Shown here: piece by piece, positions 19,983 to 30,098 of the stretch
Position numbering within the stretch: position 1 is the first letter of the stretch
How the letters are laid out: every line of letters begins with the position of its first letter
NCBI GenBank assembly: GCA_963667035.1
Contig: OY762964.1
Span: forward strand, 608,001-672,000
From: Candidatus Cloacimonadales bacterium
GTDB taxonomy: Bacteria > Cloacimonadota > Cloacimonadia > Cloacimonadales > JAFGVF01
Reading direction: 5' to 3'
Length of the DNA stretch: 64,000 nt
Translations under genes and position numbers: made by a program
The notes under the pieces: generated by a model
Database searches by the model: none
What the model saw: the letters and a program-made list of their open reading frames with translations, nothing else
What the model was told of the DNA's origin: nothing

Positions 19983-22286
19983 ATGTTAACATCTACTAGA
20001 ATACTGATAGTAGAAGATTTACCCTCAGATGCCGAATTAGCACAAAGACAATTGAAAAAGCATCTTGGTGAATGTCTGGTTAAAGTTGTTGATACGAAAG
20101 AAGACTTTCTTAGAGAACTTAATGAGTTTGAACCACAACTAATTGTATCTGATTATAATCTACCTAGTTTTGATGGTTTAACGGCTTTAAAGTTAACCTT
20201 ACAAAAAGATTCCAGCATACCTTTTATTATTCTAACCGGTTCAATGAATGAAGATACCGCTGTTGAATGTATGAAGGCAGGAGCTTGGGATTATGTAATT
20301 AAAGAGCATAATAAAAGACTTGGAGCTTCTGCAGTTAGTGCGTTGGAGAAGAAAAGCGTTATTGATGAGAAAACTAAGGTATCTCAAGCTAATAAAGAGA
20401 AGCAGATTTTTATACAGCAAATAACTAAAACTATCCCCTTATATTTGTTCATATTTGATTTAAAAACAGGTAAGTCTACATATACTAATAAAGATATATG
20501 GGCTAGTCTCGGTTATCATGATTTGAAAAGTAATCAGGTAGAAGGAGATATCTTAAACAGCTTAATCCATAAAGATGATTTAGAGAGACATAAGAATATA
20601 TTTAAGAAGTTGCAGACTCTCAAAGAAGGAGAGGTAGAAAACAACGAATACAGAGTAAAGAATTCTTCTGGAGAGTGGATATGGTTCCGTTCAATGTATG
20701 TTGTATTTAGTTTCGATGAAGATGGTAATCCTGCAACAATACTTGAATCGACTCAAGATGTTTCAAGTCTGAAGAGAACTCAGAGAGATTTAAGAGAAGC
20801 ACATAGATTTTATAAGCAGATTTTAGACAGCTCTAAAGATGGTATTCTGGTTACTAATATGGATGATAAAATTGTTTTCTGGAATCCTCCTATGACAGAG
20901 ATGTTCAATATACCTTTCATGGATGTGTTGGGTAGAGAGATTAGCAGTGTCTTTAAATCAATGAGTAGAGAAGAAGAGTTAAAGTTTTATGAGCAGTCTA
21001 AAAATGGAAAGATAATTACGACCAATGACTATCAGTTCACATATAAATCAAGTAATGAGAAGGGTTGGGCAAATGGTAGATATTTTCCTCTATTAGATAC
21101 AGGTAATAATATAGCCGGCGTAATATATATGGTTCACGATATTACTGAAAGAAAGCTTCAAGAGGAAGAGCTCAGAGAAAGCGAACATAAATATAAAACC
21201 ATCTTTGAGAATATACAGGATGTTTACTTTGAGACAGACCTGTCCGGAATAGTGATAGAAGTAAGTCCATCAATTAATACTATTTCTAAGTATACTCGTG
21301 AAGAAATGATTGGAAGTAACATAGGTGATGTATATGCGGACAAGAAAGAGAGAGAGCTGATTATTGAGAAATTATCAAGAGGAGAAAAACTTAAGGATTA
21401 TGAGTTAGTTCTACTTGATAAAGATGGAACTGTTAGAGATTGTGCAGTTACTGCTCAAGTTCTTCATGAAAAGAGGACAGATAAACCCAGACTTTATGGT
21501 ATTATGAGAGATATCTCAGAAAGAAAGAGAATAACAAGAGAACTGATTGAGGCTAAGGATAAGGCGGAAGAGATGAGTAAATTAAAATCTGCTTTTCTGG
21601 CTAATATGAGTCATGAGTTACGAACTCCTCTTGTCGGAATACTGGGATTTGCTGAGCTATTGAATGATATGGTGCCTGATTCGGAAGTGAAAGAGATGGT
21701 TAAGACAATCTTGGAATCCGGAGAAAGGCTACATACTACTCTTAACTTGATACTTGATTTATCAAGAGTGGAAGCAAACAGGCAAGAAATTAAGTGGAAT
21801 AAAGTTGACTTTGTTTATAGAATCGAAGAAAACATAAAGATATTTAAAGGATTAGCTCAAAAGAAGAATTTAAAAATAGAGTTTGAGCACAAAATGGATG
21901 AGCTTCTATGTGTAAATGATTCATATTTACTTGATCATATATTTAGCAATGTTATAAACAATGCTATCAAATATACTGAAGAAGGATTTATAAAAGTAGT
22001 GTTGAAAGCAGAGAGAGAAGATAACATTGATTATGCTATGATTGAGATTACAGACTCTGGTATTGGTATAGAACCAAGTAGACAAGAGTTAATTTTTGAT
22101 GCATTCAGACAAGCTAGTGAAGGCTATCATAGGATGTATGAAGGTACAGGTTTAGGATTAACAATTACCAAAAAATATGTTGAGTTATTAAATGGAAAGA
22201 TAAACTTAAGAAGTGTATTGAATCAAGGAAGCACATTTACTATCAAGTTTCCTTGCATTCACCAGGTAAGGAGTAATAATGCATAA
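19983..22286 (+). CDS. REC-PAS-PAS-PAS histidine kinase
   Basis: N-terminal receiver (DYNLP), three PAS/PAC segments (DVS, DITERK, DISERK), FLANMSHELRTPL, GTGLGL. Confidence 0.9.
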   Translation: MLTSTRILIVEDLPSDAELAQRQLKKHLGECLVKVVDTKEDFLRELNEFEPQLIVSDYNLPSFDGLTALKLTLQKDSSIPFIILTGSMNEDTAVECMKAGAWDYVIKEHNKRLGASAVSALEKKSVIDEKTKVSQANKEKQIFIQQITKTIPLYLFIFDLKTGKSTYTNKDIWASLGYHDLKSNQVEGDILNSLIHKDDLERHKNIFKKLQTLKEGEVENNEYRVKNSSGEWIWFRSMYVVFSFDEDGNPATILESTQDVSSLKRTQRDLREAHRFYKQILDSSKDGILVTNMDDKIVFWNPPMTEMFNIPFMDVLGREISSVFKSMSREEELKFYEQSKNGKIITTNDYQFTYKSSNEKGWANGRYFPLLDTGNNIAGVIYMVHDITERKLQEEELRESEHKYKTIFENIQDVYFETDLSGIVIEVSPSINTISKYTREEMIGSNIGDVYADKKERELIIEKLSRGEKLKDYELVLLDKDGTVRDCAVTAQVLHEKRTDKPRLYGIMRDISERKRITRELIEAKDKAEEMSKLKSAFLANMSHELRTPLVGILGFAELLNDMVPDSEVKEMVKTILESGERLHTTLNLILDLSRVEANRQEIKWNKVDFVYRIEENIKIFKGLAQKKNLKIEFEHKMDELLCVNDSYLLDHIFSNVINNAIKYTEEGFIKVVLKAEREDNIDYAMIEITDSGIGIEPSRQELIFDAFRQASEGYHRMYEGTGLGLTITKKYVELLNGKINLRSVLNQGSTFTIKFPCIHQVRSNNA

Positions 22287-22671
22287 TGAGGAGAAGAAAC
22301 TCAGACTCTTAGTTATTGATGATGACTATCTTGTCTATGAGATTATCAAGAGAATGTTACATGCAAGTGCAAAAGTGGACTATGCCCGTTCTGGAGATGA
22401 GGCAATTGAACATCTGGCACATACAGGATATAACTTAATATTCCTTGATATTAATCTTAAGAGTAAAGAGAACGGGTTAGACATTTTGAAAAGGATTAGA
22501 GACATTGAAAGTTTCTCAAAAACACTCGTATGTGCAACAACTGCATACGCAATGCTCGGGGATAAGGAAAGATTCCTTGAAGCTGGTTGCAATTACTATC
22601 TGTCAAAACCCTTTACTAAAGATAATCTAAAGCTACTGATTGAAGAAGCTCTAGATATTATAATTGGATGA
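22279..22671 (+). CDS. Single-domain response regulator
   Basis: LVIDDD, FLDINL, TAYAM.GDKERFLEAGC..YLSKP. Confidence 0.88.
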   Translation: MHNEEKKLRLLVIDDDYLVYEIIKRMLHASAKVDYARSGDEAIEHLAHTGYNLIFLDINLKSKENGLDILKRIRDIESFSKTLVCATTAYAMLGDKERFLEAGCNYYLSKPFTKDNLKLLIEEALDIIIG

Positions 22672-22674
22672 TTA

Positions 22675-22698
22675 AAGGGGCTTTGAAGCCCCTTTTTT
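22675..22698. terminator. Terminator between convergent genes
   Basis: AAGGGGCTT-TG-AAGCCCCTT followed by a T tract. Confidence 0.75.
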
Positions 22699-23071
22699 AT
22701 GTCTCAAGTCGTTTAAGAATTTTGTTAATTAACTTATCCGGATCTACCGGTTTGAACATTACATCTTGCAATCCAAGCTTCTTACTGTTTACAATAGAGT
22801 GTGATGGGTCATATCCGAATCCTGTCATCATTATGACAGGTAACTGATTATTATAATCCATTAAAGAAGTATACAATTCAAAACCATTCATGTCTGGCAT
22901 TGCAATATCTGTTAGAACAAGGTCTATATTACCCTGCATAACACGCATCTTTGCTTCTTGAGCCAGATTATATGTCAATATTTCCCAATCAGGTATAAGT
23001 CTATTAAGATCATAAAGCAGGTTGTCGAGTAACTCCTGCTCGTCGTCTACGATTACTATTTTGTACCCCAT
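22697..23071 (-). CDS. Single-domain response regulator
   Basis: IVIVDDE, LTDIAMPDMNG, MTG, FKP. Confidence 0.85.
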   Translation of the reverse strand: MGYKIVIVDDEQELLDNLLYDLNRLIPDWEILTYNLAQEAKMRVMQGNIDLVLTDIAMPDMNGFELYTSLMDYNNQLPVIMMTGFGYDPSHSIVNSKKLGLQDVMFKPVDPDKLINKILKRLET

Positions 23072-23952
23072 TCTTTAGCTTCATCTCCTGCAATAGATTT
23101 ATAGGCTGTGCAATATTTATCATAAGTTTTTGCTATTATATCTTCAGGTAATTCCGGTGCCGGAGGATTCTTGTCCCAACCGGTTGCAGAGATATAATCT
23201 CTGATATATTGTTTGTCGTAACTCTTTGGTGTCTTCCCAACTTCATACTCTTCAATATCCCAAAAGCGAGAGGAATCAGGTGTTAGCATTTCATCAATAA
23301 GGTATATCTGACCTTCTATTGTACCGAATTCAAATTTAGTATCTGCTAGAATAATTCCTTTCTGCTTTAAAAAGTCAGCACCAAATTTATACAGCTCTAT
23401 TGACTTTTCTCTTAACTCCTCGGCAATATTCTTATCAACTCTGGTAAGCATTTCTGCAAAGCTGATATTAATATCATGGCCTTCTTCAGCTTTTGTGGAT
23501 GGAGTAAAGAGAGGTTTCGGGAATCTTTGAGATTCTAACATGTCTTCGGCAATCAGAGTATTGTTGACTGTACCCATACTTTGATATTCTTTCCAAGCTG
23601 AGCCTGTAATATACCCTCTAACTATGCATTCAAAAGGAATAACACGAGTCTTCTTTACAAGCATACTTCGATCTTCAAGTTCATTTTTGAAAGTATGGAA
23701 TTCTTCCGGATACTCTTCTACAATATCAGTAATAAAATGATTAGGCATAATATCTTTAGTTGCTTTAAAAAAATGTACTGATATCTGGTTTAAGATTTTA
23801 CCTTTATTTTTTATCTCATTAGGGAATACAACGTCAAATGCTGAGATTCTGTCTGATGTAACTACAAGGAGTTTATCACCTAAATCATAAATATCTCTCA
23901 CTTTACCACGATAATGCTTTTTTACTATATCAAGTTCATCAATCTTCATCAC
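23056..23952 (-). CDS. purC: SAICAR synthetase
   Basis: RGKVRDIY, SDRISAFD, ECIVRGYITGS, ADTKFEFG, DEMLTPDSSRFW. Confidence 0.95.
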   Translation of the reverse strand: MMKIDELDIVKKHYRGKVRDIYDLGDKLLVVTSDRISAFDVVFPNEIKNKGKILNQISVHFFKATKDIMPNHFITDIVEEYPEEFHTFKNELEDRSMLVKKTRVIPFECIVRGYITGSAWKEYQSMGTVNNTLIAEDMLESQRFPKPLFTPSTKAEEGHDINISFAEMLTRVDKNIAEELREKSIELYKFGADFLKQKGIILADTKFEFGTIEGQIYLIDEMLTPDSSRFWDIEEYEVGKTPKSYDKQYIRDYISATGWDKNPPAPELPEDIIAKTYDKYCTAYKSIAGDEAKEWGTK

Positions 23953-24886
23953 TATTCTCCTCAGCTTTATAGTTTAAATTAGTTAACACTTTCTTTATAT
24001 TACTCTGATATGTACCCATAACCAAATCTTTATTAGTGTTCACCAGCTCAAAGAATACAATCCATAACTCGTCAAGAGTATCTTTATTCACAGCTAAGAA
24101 CTCATTATCTCTATATTCAATATCAGTATAAACAGGGAATTCATCAGTGCCCTTTGAGTTCTCAACACTTTTTACCATACCTTTCATAATCTCTATTTTG
24201 GTACTTTTCCCTTCGATAACTGTATTGATGTATCTTGCTGTATAATAGAATATCATATATTGATAAAATCTTGCTAGCAAATCAATTTGCTTTCGCATAA
24301 TCTCGGAATCTTCGAACTTGATTTCATTGAACAAATCGGTTCGTTTTTTCTCTAGAATTGATAAGAAAGTGCTTCCTGAACGTAAGTATGTTTCAATTAG
24401 AAGGTTTCTTGAATAGCTCTTTCCATCTTTCATTTGGAAGAGTTGTTTAAAAGTTTCAATTAAATCAGCTAGAAAGAATCTATCTCTAAATGGTCCAATA
24501 TAGAATAAGTCACCTTGAGTATCCTCTTTGATTTGTACTTGAACTTCTCCTTCAAAATCCAAAGCAAGGTAACAATATTCATCGTATGGTTTGATTTGAG
24601 ATTGAAGTTGGGGTGAGAGTTTCTTTATCAACTTCTTTTGCCAAATTAGAGCATTAAATGCGTCAGGTAGCTCTTCCCAGTATATGTTGGTAGCAGTATC
24701 TTTTAAAGCTATAAATCTAGGGTCATCTTGCATTTTATCAAGATAAAATCTTACTCTTCCTTGAAGATTTCCGGCTAACGACACATACAATGCATTAATT
24801 GCATTGGAGAAGTAGAATACTCCGGGTTTTTTAGGCAATTTATTAATTTCTTCCTGCATATCAGGCTTTATAATTATCTGATTCAT
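23939..24886 (-). CDS. Degenerate UvrC-like GIY-YIG N-terminal domain protein
   Basis: LPKKPGVFYF...YVSLAGNLQGRV and YIGPF, plus a UVR-like FE...RKQI segment; lacks the UvrC C-terminal half. Confidence 0.6.
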   Translation of the reverse strand: MNQIIIKPDMQEEINKLPKKPGVFYFSNAINALYVSLAGNLQGRVRFYLDKMQDDPRFIALKDTATNIYWEELPDAFNALIWQKKLIKKLSPQLQSQIKPYDEYCYLALDFEGEVQVQIKEDTQGDLFYIGPFRDRFFLADLIETFKQLFQMKDGKSYSRNLLIETYLRSGSTFLSILEKKRTDLFNEIKFEDSEIMRKQIDLLARFYQYMIFYYTARYINTVIEGKSTKIEIMKGMVKSVENSKGTDEFPVYTDIEYRDNEFLAVNKDTLDELWIVFFELVNTNKDLVMGTYQSNIKKVLTNLNYKAEENSDED

Positions 24887-24895
24887 CTCTATTCC

Positions 24896-25867
24896 TTATC
24901 TATATTTATTCATTACTTCGGGATTAATAATTGCTTTTGGCATTTTCCCGTAAATGGCATCCCTAGCATTATCTACTGCCATGAATCCCATATTGTTCCT
25001 TGTCTCTGTAGTTGCCGAACCAATATGAGGTAAGAGGACAACATTATCTAAAGCGATCAATCCGGAACAAATTTCTGGTTCATGCTCATATACGTCAAGT
25101 CCTGCTCCTGCTATTTCTCCGTTCTTTAAAGCATCAAGTAAACTCTCTTCATCTATACATGCACCTCTAGCTGTGTTTATCACTATTGCACTATTCTTCA
25201 TTATCTTAAACTCATTTTTACTAATTAGATGATGTGTCTCCTTAGTATAAGGAAGATTAAGGCTAATAAAATCAGATTGCTCTAATAGATCATAAAATTC
25301 TACTTGTTTTGCAATGATTCCATCAATTGTGGTCTTTGATCTGTTACTATAGATTACTTTCATATTGAATCCGGAAGCTCTACGAGCGACAGCTTTACCA
25401 ATTCTGCCGGCTCCTATAACTCCAAGCGTTTTACCTGAAATCTCTTGTCCGCAAAACAGAGTTGGCTTCCAACCCTTAAATTTACCTTCTCTAGTATAGG
25501 TATCACTCAGAACAATCTTTCTTGCAACAGCAAGTAGTAAACACCATGCAATATCTGCCGTTGCTTCCGTAAGTACATCAGGAGTATTACAGACAGCTAT
25601 ACCTAACTCAGTAGCTTCTTTAACATCTATATTGTTATATCCAACAGCGTAATTACTTACGCATTTTAGATTGGGATTGCAAGTGAGAATTTCTCTATCT
25701 ATTTTATCTGCCAAAGTGCATAAAACAGCATCAGCCCACTTAGTACCTTCAATAATCTCATCTTTGATAAGAAGTCTATCTTCCATATTGATTTTCACTT
25801 CAAAATACTTATTCATATAATCAATAACTTCTTCCGGAAGCTCTCTTGTAACAAACAATTTCTTCAT
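24896..25867 (-). CDS. D-2-hydroxyacid dehydrogenase (glyoxylate reductase/D-glycerate dehydrogenase)
   Basis: AVGYNNID, NTPDVLTEATAD, GAGRIG, NTARG, LDVYEHEP, PHIGSAT. Confidence 0.9.
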   Translation of the reverse strand: MKKLFVTRELPEEVIDYMNKYFEVKINMEDRLLIKDEIIEGTKWADAVLCTLADKIDREILTCNPNLKCVSNYAVGYNNIDVKEATELGIAVCNTPDVLTEATADIAWCLLLAVARKIVLSDTYTREGKFKGWKPTLFCGQEISGKTLGVIGAGRIGKAVARRASGFNMKVIYSNRSKTTIDGIIAKQVEFYDLLEQSDFISLNLPYTKETHHLISKNEFKIMKNSAIVINTARGACIDEESLLDALKNGEIAGAGLDVYEHEPEICSGLIALDNVVLLPHIGSATTETRNNMGFMAVDNARDAIYGKMPKAIINPEVMNKYR

Positions 25868-26982
25868 ATATTATCTACCTGATACTTAAATGATTTGATA
25901 CTATGGAAAATAGCATTAACTATTTTATCCTGATAATCCTTATCAGTCAGTTTCTTCTCTTCTTCTTTATTGGATATAAATCCTGTTTCAATTAGTACAG
26001 CAGGCATATAAGCTCCTTTAAGCACATAGAAACCGGCTTGTTTAACACCCCTATCGTCAGATTTTGTGGCTGTGACTAAATTGGTTTGCAGTTTGTTCGC
26101 AAGGTCTGAACTCTCAGCAAGTTGCTCTGTCATTGAAATGTCAGCAAGAAGAAAATCAAGAGAGTCGTATTCATTAACAGCATCTTCTCCGCCTTCATAT
26201 TTATAAACAACAGAATTCTCCATTTGTTCAACTGCTCTTGCTTCATCAGTTTTTGCTGTAGATAGGTAATATACTTCAATTCCAGTTGCAGCTTTATTCT
26301 TTGCAGAATTTAGATGAATAGAAATGAACATATCTGCATGTTCTTCATTGGCAAATTTAGTACGTTTTCGTAAACTTACATATTCATCTTTATCCCTAGT
26401 AAGAAGTACTTTCACATTCAGGTTCTTCTCGAGGAGTGTCTTAAGTTTTTTTGCTAAAGCAACTGTAACATCCTTCTCATTACTCTTTTTAGAAAATCCT
26501 ACTGCTCCCGGATCTTTACCACCATGTCCCGGATCTATTACTATTGTTCTAATAGCATCATCATCAGGTATTTGTGCTAAGAGTAATCTTCTTTTCAAAT
26601 CAAAACGGATTTCGTTTTTAAAGATATGAGGAGCGACTTCCGCAAAGAAGGAAACAGGTAAGTAATATATACCATCCTTAAGCTTCATATCGTAGATGAA
26701 ACTAAAGTAATCGGTTCTATAATTAACAAAGGAGCTTTGAGTCATAAAGTATAAGTGTTTTTTATATATTGAGACTCTAAGTTTGTCATCTTTTAGCTCT
26801 TCTCTGTATGAACCACCTAATATATCTACAAAATCCTTTACTTTAAAATAACTGATTTCACCGATCTTTATCTCATGGAGTATCCGCTTTTCTTGTGAAC
26901 CTTTAAACCTGACAGTGATATCAGCTTTTAAAACAGTACATAAAACAAGAATGGCTAAAACTATATATAATCTCTTCATCAT
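25864..26982 (-). CDS. N-acetylmuramoyl-L-alanine amidase (Amidase_3)
   Basis: Signal peptide, IDPGHGGKDPGA, LTR, FISIHLN, LIETGFISN. Confidence 0.9.
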   Translation of the reverse strand: MMKRLYIVLAILVLCTVLKADITVRFKGSQEKRILHEIKIGEISYFKVKDFVDILGGSYREELKDDKLRVSIYKKHLYFMTQSSFVNYRTDYFSFIYDMKLKDGIYYLPVSFFAEVAPHIFKNEIRFDLKRRLLLAQIPDDDAIRTIVIDPGHGGKDPGAVGFSKKSNEKDVTVALAKKLKTLLEKNLNVKVLLTRDKDEYVSLRKRTKFANEEHADMFISIHLNSAKNKAATGIEVYYLSTAKTDEARAVEQMENSVVYKYEGGEDAVNEYDSLDFLLADISMTEQLAESSDLANKLQTNLVTATKSDDRGVKQAGFYVLKGAYMPAVLIETGFISNKEEEKKLTDKDYQDKIVNAIFHSIKSFKYQVDNI

Positions 26983-27878
26983 AACTCTTCATTAAATCTT
27001 GGAGTCCAGGCTTCAGAACTTCCACAATCTTGAATATATGCATTTTTCAATCCAAGACTTGAAGCAAGTTCAATTAATTGAGCATATAAATTCGTATCAA
27101 CAGGCTTGTTTAGAACAGATGATTCTGTAGCTTTATAAGCCGGATAATATTGTCCCATTAAGCTTATGTAAATATCGTCTCCGAATTCTTCTTGTAGCAT
27201 ATACAATGATTTCCCTGTGCCTGATACATTGTCAGGTAAAACAAGTAATCTAACAAGCAAACCTTTAGCTGCGATTCCATTCTCACAGATAATATTACCA
27301 ACTTGCTTATACATTTCCCTTAGTGCATTTAATGCAACTGCAGGGTAGTCAGGAGCAAACGAATATTTCTTAGCATATTTGGAGTTGTAGTATTTATAGT
27401 CCGGTAAATATATATCCACTAAACCATCGAGTGTTTTAAGAGTCTCAACACATTCATAGCCATTGGAATTCCAGATAACAGGTAAAACTAACCCTTCTTT
27501 TTTTGCTAGTATCAAGGCTTCTCTAATTTGAGGAGTAAAATGCGTGGGGGATACTAGGTTGATATTATGCACTCCATACTCTTGTAACTCAAGCATTATA
27601 TCTACAAGGTTATTAACAGAGATATCCTTACCATGTCCTTCTTGGCTGATTAACCAGTTCTGACAGAATACGCAATGCAAGTTGCAATTAGAGAAGAAGA
27701 TAGTTCCGCTTCCCCTTTGCCCTGTAAAAATGGGCTCTTCACCAAAATGTTTTTGGTGTAAATTGTATTTCATTGTTGCAGAGTTATTGCATACACCGGT
27801 CGTAGTGTATCTATCAATTCCACATTTATGCGGACAGATTTTACAAGCTTTTAGTTTCGGGAAAAGCTTGTCATTCAT
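26979..27878 (-). CDS. Radical SAM protein, PflX-like
   Basis: CKICPHKC, HFGEEP, GSGTIFF, CNLHCVFCQN, DIYLPDYKY. Confidence 0.85.
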   Translation of the reverse strand: MNDKLFPKLKACKICPHKCGIDRYTTTGVCNNSATMKYNLHQKHFGEEPIFTGQRGSGTIFFSNCNLHCVFCQNWLISQEGHGKDISVNNLVDIMLELQEYGVHNINLVSPTHFTPQIREALILAKKEGLVLPVIWNSNGYECVETLKTLDGLVDIYLPDYKYYNSKYAKKYSFAPDYPAVALNALREMYKQVGNIICENGIAAKGLLVRLLVLPDNVSGTGKSLYMLQEEFGDDIYISLMGQYYPAYKATESSVLNKPVDTNLYAQLIELASSLGLKNAYIQDCGSSEAWTPRFNEEL

Positions 27879-28254
27879 TTAGGCTAAAACTCTCCGGAAG
27901 TAGTTTTTTTATTGTAGTTATATTGCTTTGTGATTTGGAACCGTATATAATTTCAACTTCCTTACCAAACTCACTTATTACTTGTCTGCAAGCCCCACAT
28001 GGAGGAAAAGGAATATCTGCATCAGCATAAACAGCAAGCTTCTTTATTACTTTTTCTCCTTCAGAAACCATTTTAAAGATAGCAGTTCTTTCTGCACAGT
28101 TAGTAAGTGAATAAGAGCTGTTTTCTACATTACAACCAATAAAAATAGTACCTTTATCCGTAATAAGTGCAGCACCAACTTTATATCCAGAGTAAGGGGC
28201 ATAAGCTTCTTTTGAGGCTTCTTTTGCTATTTCAAGTAATTCTGTAAGTTCCAT
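27871..28254 (-). CDS. cdd: Cytidine deaminase
   Basis: AYAPYS, GCNVEN, CAERTA, PCGACRQ. Confidence 0.93.
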   Translation of the reverse strand: MELTELLEIAKEASKEAYAPYSGYKVGAALITDKGTIFIGCNVENSSYSLTNCAERTAIFKMVSEGEKVIKKLAVYADADIPFPPCGACRQVISEFGKEVEIIYGSKSQSNITTIKKLLPESFSLNE

Positions 28255-28264
28255 ATATTAACCT

Positions 28265-29374
28265 CTAACTCAATAGAGCTAAGATGATTCCTCCGGCAAC
28301 AACAGATCCTATCTGTCCTGCAACATTAGCACTAACAGCCGGCATTAGCAGGAAGTTAAACGGATCTTCTTTTAACCCCATTTTATGGATTACTCTTGCT
28401 GACATTGGGAAAGCGGATATACCGCAAGCACCAATCATAGGATTTATTTTCTTTTTAACAAACAGATTTAACAATTTTGCAAACAACACTCCACCTGCTG
28501 TATCGAAAATGAAGGCTACAAGTCCTAGACCCATTATGAACAAGGTTTGAGTCTGAAGGAACTTCTCACCGGTCATAGTAGTTGCAATTGCAATACCAAG
28601 TAATATGGTAACAAGATTTCCAAGCTCTTTTTGAGCTGTTAACGAAAGAGAATCCAGCACTTTACATTCTCGAATGAGATTACCGAACATTAAGAATCCG
28701 ATGAGTGCTGCAGATTCAGGAGCAATTAATCCGGCAAGCAGTGTTATCATTATTGGAAAGATTACCTTTACTGATTTTGGAATATCACCTGTGTTATATT
28801 CCATTCTTATCTTTCTCTCTTTACTTGTTGTAAGTAGCTTAACGATAGGTGGTTGAATAATAGGAACAAGTGCCATATATGAATATGCTGCAACAGATAT
28901 AGGTCCTAACAATTCTTTAGCAAATTTAGAAGCAACATAGATTGAAGTTGGACCATCAGCAGCACCAATAATGCCTATTGAAGCAGCTTCTCTAATTGGG
29001 AATCCTATTAAAGCCGCCATGGAGATTGTGAAGAATATACCGAATTGAGCAGCAGCTCCAAATAGGAGCATTAAAGGATTCGTTAATAGTGGAGTGAAGT
29101 CAATCATAGCACCAATGGCGATAAAGATTAAAAGAGGGAATAGCTCGGTAGCTATTCCAAAATCGAATAAAACTTTCATAGCTCCATGTGGACTAATAGT
29201 TCCTACAACCTCAGCAAGGGGTAGGTTAGCTAAAATAGTCCCGAAACCTATTGGTAAAAGTAAAGCCGGTTCGTATTCTTTTTTGATTGCCAGATATATC
29301 AATACTAAACCTAACACTATCATAATAGTGCTTTTTAGTTCAATAGCCATGATTCCACGAAACAATTCCTGCAT
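28265..29374 (-). CDS. Na+-translocating decarboxylase beta subunit (OadB/GcdB/MmdB family)
   Basis: EPALLLPIGFG, GAAAQFGIF, IGIIGAADGPT, AAYSYMALVP, SAFPMSAR. Confidence 0.92.
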   Translation of the reverse strand: MQELFRGIMAIELKSTIMIVLGLVLIYLAIKKEYEPALLLPIGFGTILANLPLAEVVGTISPHGAMKVLFDFGIATELFPLLIFIAIGAMIDFTPLLTNPLMLLFGAAAQFGIFFTISMAALIGFPIREAASIGIIGAADGPTSIYVASKFAKELLGPISVAAYSYMALVPIIQPPIVKLLTTSKERKIRMEYNTGDIPKSVKVIFPIMITLLAGLIAPESAALIGFLMFGNLIRECKVLDSLSLTAQKELGNLVTILLGIAIATTMTGEKFLQTQTLFIMGLGLVAFIFDTAGGVLFAKLLNLFVKKKINPMIGACGISAFPMSARVIHKMGLKEDPFNFLLMPAVSANVAGQIGSVVAGGIILALLS

Positions 29375-29423
29375 ATATTCTCCAATTAAATCAGTATGTA
29401 TTCAATTTTCATATAACTGTAAA

Positions 29424-29822
29424 TTAATCAATGTATTTTTTGTATTCCTCAAAAATCTCTTTAGGTAATCGGGTAGGACTCCCGTTTTTGACAAATGCAC
29501 CATACACATTGAGGACACTACACAGTTCCTTACTCTGGTTATATATTTCTTGGTACCAACGACCCTTTACTCTATTTAACTCTTTGATATGAGTCTCAAC
29601 TCTCACATTATCTCCGTATGTTACACCTTTTTTATAATCAAGCTCAACTCTTATCACAAAGATACCCATATTAAGCTCGCTTAGTTTATGAATGGAGAAC
29701 TCCGTTTCATCAAGGGCATCACTTCTTGCTTCTTCATAAAGCTTTAAATAATTGGAATTATTCATGTGACCATATATGTCACATTCGAAACCGTAAATCT
29801 TACGACTATAAATGAAAGCCAT
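29424..29822 (-). CDS. Acyl-CoA thioesterase, YbgC/4HBT family
   Basis: DIYGHMNNSNYLKLYEEAR hot-dog motif. Confidence 0.85.
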   Translation of the reverse strand: MAFIYSRKIYGFECDIYGHMNNSNYLKLYEEARSDALDETEFSIHKLSELNMGIFVIRVELDYKKGVTYGDNVRVETHIKELNRVKGRWYQEIYNQSKELCSVLNVYGAFVKNGSPTRLPKEIFEEYKKYID

Positions 29823-30098
29823 AATTCCTCCAGATAATCATCTTTGCGTGTTTCATATATGTAATAATAGAATCTGTCAAGCTTTGTTCCTCTTCACAAA
29901 GTATAAACTAATGTTAGTTTCAAACAATGTCTCTATCATCCTTTAAATGTGGTGAGAAATAGAAGCATAAAACTAATCAAATGGTATCTCAAAAGATGAA
30001 TATGTATGGGAGAAATAATTTGAGTAAAAAATAAAACTTGCTTGAAAGTAAAGAATGATGTGAATTGGTAAACATATAATCAACTAATGGAGAAAACT

